From positions 37-64,036 of the forward strand of contig DKEX01000092.1 of the NCBI GenBank assembly GCA_002452295.1: a stretch of 64,000 nucleotides of DNA, given 5' to 3'. The stretch is from Firmicutes bacterium UBA6811. GTDB taxonomy: Bacteria > Bacillota > SHA-98 > UBA4971. Below the pieces are notes generated by a model. It had not been told where the DNA came from. It searched no databases and saw only the letters and a program-made list of their open reading frames with translations. Made by a program: the position numbers and the translations under genes. Below, in pieces: positions 56,711 to 64,000 of the stretch; position 1 is the stretch's first letter, and each line of letters begins with the position of its first letter.

Positions 56711-57778
56711 CTATGGCACGTATACCGTATGGATCCTGCCGAGCTTCTCGATCCTCTCCTCCGCCAGCCTGGCCGCCGCCTTGTAGGTCGGGATCTTCTC
56801 GCGCTTCGCTATCCCGATGACCCTGAGCACGTTGTCATATATCCCCGCCGCCTTGCGAAGCGCCCTCTCCCTGTTGTAACCGTAGAATTCGTCGGCGACG
56901 TTTATGACTCCTCCCGCGTTGATGATATAGTCGGGGGCGTAGAGTATTCCCATGTCCTCCAGGGCGTCGCCGTGCCTCTCCTCCTTGAGCTGGTTGTTGG
57001 CCGACCCGGCCACCACCTTGCACTTGAGCTTCGGCAGGGTCTCATCGTTTATGACGGCCCCAAGGGCGCACGGGCAGAAGACATCGCACGCGATGTCGAA
57101 GACGCCGTCGGAGGCAACCGGCTTCGCGCCGAAGTCGTCCGCCGCCTTCTTGACCCTGTCCTCGTAGATGTCGGTGACGTATACCCTGGCGCCTTCCTCG
57201 GTGAGATACCTCACCACGTTATAGCCGACGTGCCCCGCCCCCTGGACGACAACGGTCTTGTCCTCGAGCGCATCCGTGCCGAACGCCTCCAGCGCGCACG
57301 CCTTCATGCCGCGCACGACGCCGAACGCCGTCACGGGGGAGGGGTCGCCGCTGGACCCGGCCGCCGCGGAGAGGCCCAGCACGTGGTCGGTCTCGGTGTG
57401 GGCGACCTCCATGTCGTCCACGCTCACGCCGACGTCCTCGGCTGTGAGATAGCGGCCGCCAAGGGTGTCCACGAACCTCCCGAACGCGCGGAAAAGCGCC
57501 TCTGACTTGTCTTTGCGCGGATCGCCGATGATGACGGACTTGCCTCCGCCGAAATCGAGGCCTGCCGCGGCGTTCTTGTACGTCATCCCGCGAGCGAGCC
57601 GCAGCGCATCGATTACGGCCTCCTCTTCCGAGACATAGGGCCACATCCTGCACCCGCCGAGGGCAGGGCCGAGCGTCGTGTCATGAATGGCTATGATGGC
57701 CCGCAGCCCCGACGCGTCGTCGCTCGCGAAAACCACCTGCTCGAACCCGTAACGCCCCATCTCCTCGAGGATCTTCAT
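56711..57778 (-). CDS. Leucine (branched-chain amino acid) dehydrogenase
   Basis: [57 protein letters not shown] at 57778 has AAGGAGGAGG upstream. Confidence 0.9.
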   Translation of the reverse strand: MKILEEMGRYGFEQVVFASDDASGLRAIIAIHDTTLGPALGGCRMWPYVSEEEAVIDALRLARGMTYKNAAAGLDFGGGKSVIIGDPRKDKSEALFRAFGRFVDTLGGRYLTAEDVGVSVDDMEVAHTETDHVLGLSAAAGSSGDPSPVTAFGVVRGMKACALEAFGTDALEDKTVVVQGAGHVGYNVVRYLTEEGARVYVTDIYEDRVKKAADDFGAKPVASDGVFDIACDVFCPCALGAVINDETLPKLKCKVVAGSANNQLKEERHGDALEDMGILYAPDYIINAGGVINVADEFYGYNRERALRKAAGIYDNVLRVIGIAKREKIPTYKAAARLAEERIEKLGRIHTVYVP

Positions 57779-57831
57779 GCTGGGACCTCCTCCTTGCATT
57801 TGCATCAGTATCCCACCATTCATCCAGGGTT

Positions 57832-58731
57832 TCACCTGGAAAGAAGCACTCCGAGAGCCAGAGAGTACACCTTCGCCCTGTGCGAATCCGACCTCGACGT
57901 CACCACCACAGGCGCCTTCGCGCCCACGACCGCGCTCGCAGCACATCCCCCCGCCAGATAAGTCAGCGTCTTGTAGAATACGTTCCCTGCCTCGATATCA
58001 GGGACGATGAGTATGTCAGCGCGCCCAGCGACCGGGCTTGCGATCCCCTTGTGGCTGGCGGCCTCGGGCGATATGGCGTTGTCAAGCGCGAGCGGACCGT
58101 CCACGATGCCGCCCTTGATCTGGCCTCGCTCCGACATTTTGGCAAGACAGGCGGCGTCGATGGTGGCAGGCATGTCGGGGTTCACGTTCTCGACGGCCGC
58201 GAGCGCCGCGACGCGCGGCTCCACTATCCCGAGGGCGCGCGCCACGTCTATGGCGTTCTGGGTGATCTGGGCCTTCTCGGCGAGCGCAGGGGCGATGTTC
58301 ATCGCCCCGTCGCTGAAGATGACGAGGCGCTCGAGGTACGGCGTCTCAAAAACGGACAGATGCGAAAGCAGGCGCCCCGTGCGAAGGCCGATCTCCTTGT
58401 CGAGCACCGCCCGCAGCACGTCTGCCGTGCTCACAAGGCCCTTCATCAGGAGGTCCGCCCGGCCCGAGCGCACCATCGCCACGCCAGCGCGAGCCGCAGC
58501 CGCCGGGTCGCTCTCCTGGACGACGTCGCACCCGGAGACGTCCACGCCCGTCTCGGACGCGGCCTTTCCTATGGCCGTCGCGTCCCCTACGAGCACACAC
58601 CTGGCGATCCCCTGCCGCGCAGCCTCGTCCGCCGCGAGAAGCACCTCCGGGTCCGCGGCGGCCACGACGGCGCATGTCCTCGGCCCGGCAGCCTGCGCCA
58701 TCTTCATAAGGTCATTCAGGCTTTTCACCAT
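57832..58731 (-). CDS. ptb: Phosphate butyryltransferase
   Basis: [51 protein letters not shown] at 58731 has GGAGGTG upstream. Confidence 0.9.
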   Translation of the reverse strand: MVKSLNDLMKMAQAAGPRTCAVVAAADPEVLLAADEAARQGIARCVLVGDATAIGKAASETGVDVSGCDVVQESDPAAAARAGVAMVRSGRADLLMKGLVSTADVLRAVLDKEIGLRTGRLLSHLSVFETPYLERLVIFSDGAMNIAPALAEKAQITQNAIDVARALGIVEPRVAALAAVENVNPDMPATIDAACLAKMSERGQIKGGIVDGPLALDNAISPEAASHKGIASPVAGRADILIVPDIEAGNVFYKTLTYLAGGCAASAVVGAKAPVVVTSRSDSHRAKVYSLALGVLLSR

Positions 58732-58748
58732 GCCGGTCCCACCTCCCA

Positions 58749-59816
58749 TCATTCGTAGGTCCTTGCCTCCTCTTCCCCCTGAAGCACTCTGAAGGCCCCC
58801 ATTGCGAGGGCCTCCATCTCCCCTTCACCCGGGTAAACCTTGACCTCGGCGATGAACTCGACGCGCTCGCGTATCATGCGCACGAGAAGCGCGGCGTTGG
58901 CAAGCCCCCCCGTTATGAGGACGGCCTGCACGTCTCCGGCGAGCACCGAGGCCATCGCCCCAATCTCCTTGGCCACCTGGTAAGCCATGGCCTCGTACAC
59001 GAGGCGAGCGGTCTCGTCTCCTCCAGCTATACGCCTCTCCACCTCGACGGCGTCGGCCGTCCCCAGGTACGCGACGAGGCCTCCGCGGCCCACCAGGTTC
59101 CTCGTGAGCTCCTCCTTCGTGAAGTCGCCGGAGAAGGCCAGGCGCACGAGCCCGGCCGCAGGCACCCCGCCCGCCCGCTCCGGGCTGAACGGCCCCTGCT
59201 CGTTGGCGTTGTTCACGTCGACAATGCTCCCGGCCCGGCATGCGGCCACCGAGATGCCGCCGCCAAGGTGCGCCACAACGTAGTTTGCGTCCTCGAGGCC
59301 CACCCCGATCTCGCGCGAGGCGCGCCTCACGGCAGCCTTGATGTTCAGGGCGTGGCTGAGGCTGCGCCTGGGCAGTTCCGGCAACCCCGACACCCTCGAA
59401 AGCGGCTCGAACTCGTCGCACGACACCGGGTCCACCACATATGCGGGTACGCCCAAGTCGTCAGCGATAGCACGGGCGACGAGGCCGCCGAGGTTCGAGG
59501 CGTGAGGACCCTGCACCTGGTTGCGCAGGTCGGCCACCATCCTGTCGTTCACGAGACAAGTGCCGCCGGCGACAGGGCGCAGGAGGCCGCCCCTGGCCAC
59601 GACCGCCGAGATCCCGCTGCGGTCGATGCCCCCCTCGTCGAGAGCCCTCGCGACCTCTTGCAGCCTGTATTCGAACTGGCCAATGATGCTGGGAAAAGAT
59701 GTGATGATGCTGTGGTCGTGGGTGAGCTTTCTCTCGAAGAGCGGGCCGGAGGGAGTGTACACAGCAATCCTGGTGGAAGTGGAGCCGGGGTTGATAACGA
59801 GCACCTGCAACGTTTC
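58749..59816 (-). CDS. buk: Butyrate (branched-chain fatty acid) kinase, copy 2
   Basis: [36 protein letters not shown]. Start is uncertain: GTG 59816 after GGGAG, with the ORF extending to GTG 59867. Confidence 0.85.
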   Translation of the reverse strand, partial: ETLQVLVINPGSTSTRIAVYTPSGPLFERKLTHDHSIITSFPSIIGQFEYRLQEVARALDEGGIDRSGISAVVARGGLLRPVAGGTCLVNDRMVADLRNQVQGPHASNLGGLVARAIADDLGVPAYVVDPVSCDEFEPLSRVSGLPELPRRSLSHALNIKAAVRRASREIGVGLEDANYVVAHLGGGISVAACRAGSIVDVNNANEQGPFSPERAGGVPAAGLVRLAFSGDFTKEELTRNLVGRGGLVAYLGTADAVEVERRIAGGDETARLVYEAMAYQVAKEIGAMASVLAGDVQAVLITGGLANAALLVRMIRERVEFIAEVKVYPGEGEMEALAMGAFRVLQGEEEARTYE

Positions 59817-59920
59817 CACCTCAGATCGTCTCCCGCCGCAGGCCCCTCGGGCCTGCCGGGTTTTCACCGTGCCTTCGCGCTGCAGCCCCGCGCGGAGTTC
59901 CCATGCATGTTTCTAAGAAA

Positions 59921-59936
59921 TGCAAGTCTCGTGCCA
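59921..59936 (-). promoter_or_regulatory. Sigma-54 (-24/-12) promoter for the buk-ptb-leucine dehydrogenase-buk-VOR operon
   Basis: Minus-strand GGTGGCACGAGACTTGCATTT is an exact TGGCAC-N5-TTGCA match, ~105 nt upstream of the first buk start. An AT-rich imperfect palindrome TGCATTTCTTAGAAACATGCA overlaps -12 to about +10. Confidence 0.7.
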
Positions 59937-60127
59937 CCCATCCCCCAAGGCGCGCAGCCCGAAGGAGCAGGTAAGGAGGGCATTCGAGGCACCTCTACAT
60001 CCTTGTTGTGCATCTCAGTGCATGGTCCCGCCATGACGCAGTGCAGGATTGTGCACACCCAGGGCGCCAGTTCCCCCGGGGCGGCCTCCCGCTTCCGGGT
60101 GACCGCGTTGGGGCACCCAGGAAACCG

Positions 60128-60760
60128 TCAGCCAATGACTTCACCCAGGAGGCTTCCCCGCAGCCTCCTGAAGAAGGCCACAAGCTCCTCATACGTCGCA
60201 GCGTCGACGTCGAACTCCCGCGGCGGCAGGCGCTCGAGCCGCCCGATGGCCACAGCCAAGACGTAAGGATCGAACCCGGGGTCCTTCTCCCTCGCCCAGC
60301 GCGTGATGGACTCGATGTCGAATGTGCGCGCAAGGTAGAAGACATCCACGAAGTCGCGGGCCTCGGCGCGCCCGAACAGGGCAAGGAGTTTGTCAGCGGC
60401 AAGCTCCTCGCTCGACAGCACCAGCCCGATCTCCATCCTCTCCGGTGCACGAAGCCGGTAGTCCTGCCCGATGTCAACGAGGATCTCCTCACCGGATGCG
60501 TTCCGCACGGTCAGTCGGACAAACGAGGGGGAAGCGCTGATTACCCGAAACTCGAGACCGTCATCCTGAAGACGCTTCTTGAAGCGCTCTGCGACAGGTG
60601 TTACTTCCCCTCGTAGCGGCCCGAAGAAGTCGAGGTCCTGCGTCGTGCGGGGAACCACGCTTCTGAACACGAGGGCCGCTCCGCCTGCAAGCGCGAAGCT
60701 GGCAGCCTCTGGTAAGCCCAGGAAGAGGCGGGCGACGTGCTCCTGGAACGGTGAAAGCAT
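60128..60760 (-). CDS. Nucleotidyltransferase AbiEii/AbiGii-family toxin (type IV TA, DUF1814)
   Basis: FALAGGAALVFRSVVPRTTQDLDFFGP matches the GG.AL...R.T.DLDF signature. ATG at 60760 has GAGGAGGTG 7 nt upstream, 4 nt after the stop of the upstream small gene. Confidence 0.8.
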   Translation of the reverse strand: MLSPFQEHVARLFLGLPEAASFALAGGAALVFRSVVPRTTQDLDFFGPLRGEVTPVAERFKKRLQDDGLEFRVISASPSFVRLTVRNASGEEILVDIGQDYRLRAPERMEIGLVLSSEELAADKLLALFGRAEARDFVDVFYLARTFDIESITRWAREKDPGFDPYVLAVAIGRLERLPPREFDVDAATYEELVAFFRRLRGSLLGEVIG

Positions 60761-60764
60761 GGGT

Positions 60765-61097
60765 TTACACCTCCTCGGAAGGCGCCTTGCGGGGCGGGCC
60801 CGCCGCCTGCTGTGCATCCCGGCGACCTCGCGCCATATCCAGACCCCTCCTGAAACGGAAGTAGTCCGCCCACGCCGCCCTGACCTGGTCCGGCACCACG
60901 ATCTCGTCCCACATGCGGATGAGCTCGTCTGGATCGATGTAGCGCCGGATGTCCTCCGCCCGTCCCTCGCGCAGGACTATCTCGTAGACCCGCCTCTTGT
61001 CAGCCGGGTCTGCAAGGTCGTAGGTGCGAGGCCCGCTCCATTTGAGATGAAGCGGCAGATGAACCACGGTATCCCGTCCAGGCAGCTTCTCCTCCAT
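60765..61097 (-). CDS. Putative cognate antitoxin (small protein, family not recognised)
   Basis: 110 aa, tightly coupled upstream of the AbiEii gene. ATG at 61097 has GAGGTGG upstream. No obvious N-terminal wHTH of canonical AbiEi. Confidence 0.5.
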   Translation of the reverse strand: MEEKLPGRDTVVHLPLHLKWSGPRTYDLADPADKRRVYEIVLREGRAEDIRRYIDPDELIRMWDEIVVPDQVRAAWADYFRFRRGLDMARGRRDAQQAAGPPRKAPSEEV

Positions 61098-61182
61098 CGC
61101 GACCACCTCGAAGGCTCTCCTTGCGCAAACGCCCCTGTCGTCTCTTTGGATCTTACCACACCTGCCGCATGGCGGAAAGGGC

Positions 61183-61210
61183 GTTGCGCCTTCGCCGTTG
61201 CGCCTTCGCG
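61183..61210. repeat. Tandem 14-nt direct repeat GTTGCGCCTTCGC(C/G) x2 in the divergent TA / acyl-CoA dehydrogenase intergenic region
   Basis: Read directly from the sequence. Lies ~90 nt upstream of the antitoxin start and ~125 nt upstream of the plus-strand acyl-CoA dehydrogenase start. Confidence 0.8.
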
Positions 61211-61333
61211 ACGCGTTTTCTGGAGAGGTAATCCCCCATCCCCTCGCCCCGTCCCGCCTTTGAAGGGATCTGGTCCGATGTGAAGAAAGATTTAGTTGCC
61301 TTGCGACGACTCCGAACATGGGGGGATGTGTGC

Positions 61334-62497
61334 GTGGACTTCAGCCTCACGGAGGAGCAGGAAGCCATAAGGCAGATGGCCGCCGAGTTCGCCGACAAGG
61401 AACTCCGGCCGCACGCCCGCGAGCTTGACGCGAAAGGCGAGTACCCCTGGGACAACCTCCACAAGCTGGCCAGGTATGGCTACCTCGGCATGATGCTCCC
61501 CGAGGAGTTCGGTGGATCAGGGGCCGACGTGCTCTCCAATACCCTCTGCGTCGAGGAGATCTCCCGGGCGTGCGCGGCCACCGGCGTCATCGTGGAGATC
61601 CACAACAGCCTCACCTGCGACGGGATCTACCGCTTCGGGACCGACGAGCAGAAGGCCCGCTACCTCCCCGCCCTCGCGCGTGGCGAGAAGATCGGCGCCT
61701 TCGCCCTTACCGAGCCCGGAGCCGGGTCAGACGCCTCGGGCATCAGGACGATCGCGGTGCGAGACGGCGACCACTTCGTTATAAACGGCACCAAGCACTT
61801 CATCACCGGCGCCGGCCAGGCCCACGTGTACCTCCTGTTCGCAATGACAGACCCCCCGAAAGGCACAAGGGGGATCTCGGTCTTCATCGTGGAGAAGGGA
61901 ATGCCGGGCCTTTCGTTCGGCTCTCCCGAGGACAAGATGGGCATCAGGGCGTCCCATACGGGTGAGCTTATCTTCAGCGACTGCCGCGTACCCGTAGACA
62001 ACCTCGTCGGCTCCGAGGGCGATGGCTACAAGATCGCGCTTACCCTCCTCGATGGCGGGCGCATCGGCATCGGCGCCCAGGCCGTTGGAATAGCGAGAGC
62101 GGCCCTTGACGCCGCGCTCAGGTATTCGCAGGAGAGGGTGCAGTTCGGCCAGGCCATCTCGAGCTTCCAGGCAATCCAGTGGATGCTGGCGGACATGGCC
62201 ACTGAGATCGAAGCCGCCCGCCTCCTCGTGTACAGGGCGGCTTACCTGCGTGGCAAGGGCGTCCGCTGCACAAAGGAGGTGGCGATGGCGAAGCTCTTCG
62301 CGGCCGAGGTCGCCATGCGAACCACCATGAAAGCCGTGCAAATCCACGGCGGCTACGGCTACATGCGCGAGTACAACGTCGAACGGTACATGCGTGACGC
62401 CAAGATCACCGAGATTTACGAAGGCACCAGCGAGATCATGAGGCTCCTCATCGCGTCCGCCCTTCTCAAGGAGAGCAAGGAAAGCAAGGAGAGGTGA
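61334..62497 (+). CDS. Acyl-CoA dehydrogenase (short/branched-chain, butyryl-CoA dehydrogenase-like)
   Basis: VDFSLTEEQEAIRQMAAEFADKEL, GAFALTEPGAGSDA, YEGTSEI. GTG at 61334 has GGGGGGA 7 nt upstream. Confidence 0.9.
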   Translation: MDFSLTEEQEAIRQMAAEFADKELRPHARELDAKGEYPWDNLHKLARYGYLGMMLPEEFGGSGADVLSNTLCVEEISRACAATGVIVEIHNSLTCDGIYRFGTDEQKARYLPALARGEKIGAFALTEPGAGSDASGIRTIAVRDGDHFVINGTKHFITGAGQAHVYLLFAMTDPPKGTRGISVFIVEKGMPGLSFGSPEDKMGIRASHTGELIFSDCRVPVDNLVGSEGDGYKIALTLLDGGRIGIGAQAVGIARAALDAALRYSQERVQFGQAISSFQAIQWMLADMATEIEAARLLVYRAAYLRGKGVRCTKEVAMAKLFAAEVAMRTTMKAVQIHGGYGYMREYNVERYMRDAKITEIYEGTSEIMRLLIASALLKESKESKER

Positions 62498-62503
62498 GCG
62501 ACT

Positions 62504-63709
62504 ATGGCAGGTAGAGGTGACGGCCTGCGTTCGTCTGTGCTGGTGAGCGCCGCGAGAACTCCCTTCGGCGGATTCGGCCGCACGCTGCGCGACACGAAAG
62601 CGACGTCGCTTGGCGCCATCGCCATCCGCGCAGCAGTGGAGCGGGCTGGCATACAGCCGGATGACGTGGACTACCTCCTCATGGGCATGGTGGTGCAGGC
62701 AGGCGCGGGCCAGATCCCGTCGAGGCAGGCCGGGATGGCGGCGGGCCTCCCTGCGGCCGTCCCGTCGGACACCATCAACAAGGTGTGCGCCTCAGGGCTT
62801 CGGGCCGTGAACATCGCCGACATGATGATCCGCGCGGGTGAGGCCGCGGTGGTGGTGTCCGGCGGCATGGAGAGCATGAGCCAGGCTCCGTACCTCATGG
62901 ACAGGGCGAGGTGGGGGGGCCTACGCCTCGGCCACGGCACCATCATCGACGGGGTTATTCGGGACGGCCTCTGGTGCCCGTTCCGCGACGTCCACATGGG
63001 TGCCCTTGGCGATGCCTCCGCGAAAAAGCACGGTGTCACCCGCGAGGAGCAGGACAGGTGGGCGCTCCGTAGCCACCAGCGGGCCCTGGCCGCCATCCGC
63101 GAGGGCCGCCTGCGCGAGGAGATCGTGCCGGTCGAGATCTCTCAGAAGCACGGGCCGCCCGTGGTCCTCGATACCGATGAGGCGCCGAGGCCCGACACGT
63201 CCCTGGAGAAGCTCGCACGCCTGCGTCCTGCGTTTACCCCCGACGGCACCATCACCGCAGGAAACGCCCCCGGCCTCAACGACGGCGCCGGGGCGCTCGT
63301 GGTCATGGAGGAGGCGAAGGCTCGCGCGCTCGGCATTCAGCCGCTCGCCCGCATCGTCGCCCACGGGGTGGCGTCGGCCGACCCCGCGGACATGCCGGAG
63401 GTGCCTGCCCTCGCGGCGAAGGCCGCCCTCGACAGGGCAGGCCTCGCCGCAAGCAACATCGGCCTCATCGAGGTGAACGAGGCATTCGCCGCTGTCGCCA
63501 TCATCAGCATGAGGCTGGGCGGCTGGGATGAAGACGAGGTGAACGTGAACGGCGGGGCCGTGGCGCTCGGCCATCCCATCGGGGCGAGCGGGGCGCGCAT
63601 ACTGATGACGCTCATTTTCGAGATGCGCAGGCGCAACGTCGAGTTCGGCCTGGCGACGATATGCTCCGGCGCCGCCCAGGGCGAGGCGACCATCGTGGAG
63701 CTTGTGTGA
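62504..63709 (+). CDS. Acetyl-CoA C-acetyltransferase (thiolase II)
   Basis: INKVCASGLRAV (active-site Cys), NVNGGAVALGHPIGASGARI, CSGAAQGEA. Confidence 0.9.
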   Translation: MAGRGDGLRSSVLVSAARTPFGGFGRTLRDTKATSLGAIAIRAAVERAGIQPDDVDYLLMGMVVQAGAGQIPSRQAGMAAGLPAAVPSDTINKVCASGLRAVNIADMMIRAGEAAVVVSGGMESMSQAPYLMDRARWGGLRLGHGTIIDGVIRDGLWCPFRDVHMGALGDASAKKHGVTREEQDRWALRSHQRALAAIREGRLREEIVPVEISQKHGPPVVLDTDEAPRPDTSLEKLARLRPAFTPDGTITAGNAPGLNDGAGALVVMEEAKARALGIQPLARIVAHGVASADPADMPEVPALAAKAALDRAGLAASNIGLIEVNEAFAAVAIISMRLGGWDEDEVNVNGGAVALGHPIGASGARILMTLIFEMRRRNVEFGLATICSGAAQGEATIVELV

Positions 63710-63779
63710 ACGCTTATGTGCGGGCTCGTGTGAAGGCTTGGGCCCGCACGAACAACCGAGTGCGAAAGGGGGCTCGTTC

Positions 63780-64000
63780 ATGGAGATCTCGAAGCTGGCT
63801 ATTATCGGCGCAGGCCAGATGGGATCCGGGATCGCCCAGGTGGCGGCGACCGCCGGGCTTCGCGTGACGCTCTGCGATGTCTCGGAGGACCTTGCGAGGA
63901 GGGGCCTCACCGCCGTGGAGAGAGGACTCTCCCGCGCCATCGAGAAGGGCAAGCTGGACTCCGCGGAGAAGGACACAGTGCTGGCACGCATCCGCGCCTC
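63780..64000 (+). CDS. hbd: 3-hydroxybutyryl-CoA dehydrogenase, 5' part (runs off the window)
   Basis: Own translation from ATG 63780: MEISKLAIIGAGQMGSGIAQVAATAGLRVTLCDVSEDLARRGL... (Rossmann GxGxxG). AAGGGGG RBS upstream. Confidence 0.8.
   Translation, partial: MEISKLAIIGAGQMGSGIAQVAATAGLRVTLCDVSEDLARRGLTAVERGLSRAIEKGKLDSAEKDTVLARIRA

Noticed and set aside
59905-59930. CodY-box interpretation of the AT-rich palindrome overlapping the sigma-54 promoter
   Set aside because: The best alignment to AATTTTCWGAAAATT gives only about 8 of 15 matches. It is kept only as an unassigned operator-like palindrome in the sigma-54 finding.

Overview
High-GC (roughly two-thirds G+C by eye) chromosomal core segment from an endospore-forming, Firmicutes-type bacterium. 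The lineage guess (Symbiobacterium/Thermaerobacter/Limnochordia-like) rests only on high GC plus a full sporulation gene set. About 70 genes are present, nearly all on the minus strand, in long and often translationally coupled operons.

Gene content by coordinate:
- Exported repeat protein, then a divergent methyl-accepting chemotaxis protein.
- A carbohydrate ABC-importer locus: two paralogous binding proteins, two permeases and a ROK regulator, with no ATPase.
- ddl, surE, mgtC, then HEAT-repeat and zinc-ribbon proteins.
- gpsA-plsY-der-DUF512-prsA, then DUF3189 / YIEGIA pair / spoIIP / DUF1614.
- ispH::S1 fusion, plsC, cmk, an HI0933-type flavoprotein, rluB, ktrA, ytfJ/ytfI, scpA/scpB, trpS, an M50 protease, lysA.
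- A split three-gene acyl-CoA-dehydratase-activase-like module, followed by spoVA (dodecin-AC-AD-AEb-AEa).
- spoIIAA-spoIIAB-sigF, dacF, pdp, xerD, spoIIM, nudF, DUF3866, and a GerM-domain gene on the plus strand.
- A sigma-54-driven branched-chain amino-acid fermentation operon (buk-ptb-leucine dehydrogenase-buk-2-oxoacid:ferredoxin oxidoreductase).
- An AbiEii toxin/antitoxin pair, then acyl-CoA dehydrogenase-thiolase-hbd on the plus strand.

No rRNA, tRNA, CRISPR array or transposase was seen.

Most notable observations:
1. An uncharacterised activase/DUF2229 module sits in the spoVA-lysA slot where Bacillus carries spoVAF.
2. A ~115-nt intergenic repeat with a perfect 19-nt core occurs twice in opposite orientation. 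One copy lies inside the spoVA operon next to an anti-Shine-Dalgarno pairing.
3. A textbook -24/-12 promoter precedes the buk/ptb/VOR operon, with a toxin-antitoxin island directly upstream.
4. A dodecin-like gene heads the Ca-DPA channel operon.
5. A 675-bp non-coding leader with direct repeats precedes the ABC operon.

Start codons were refined by hand from RBS context and are less certain than stops. The ORF track translates GTG/TTG starts as M.
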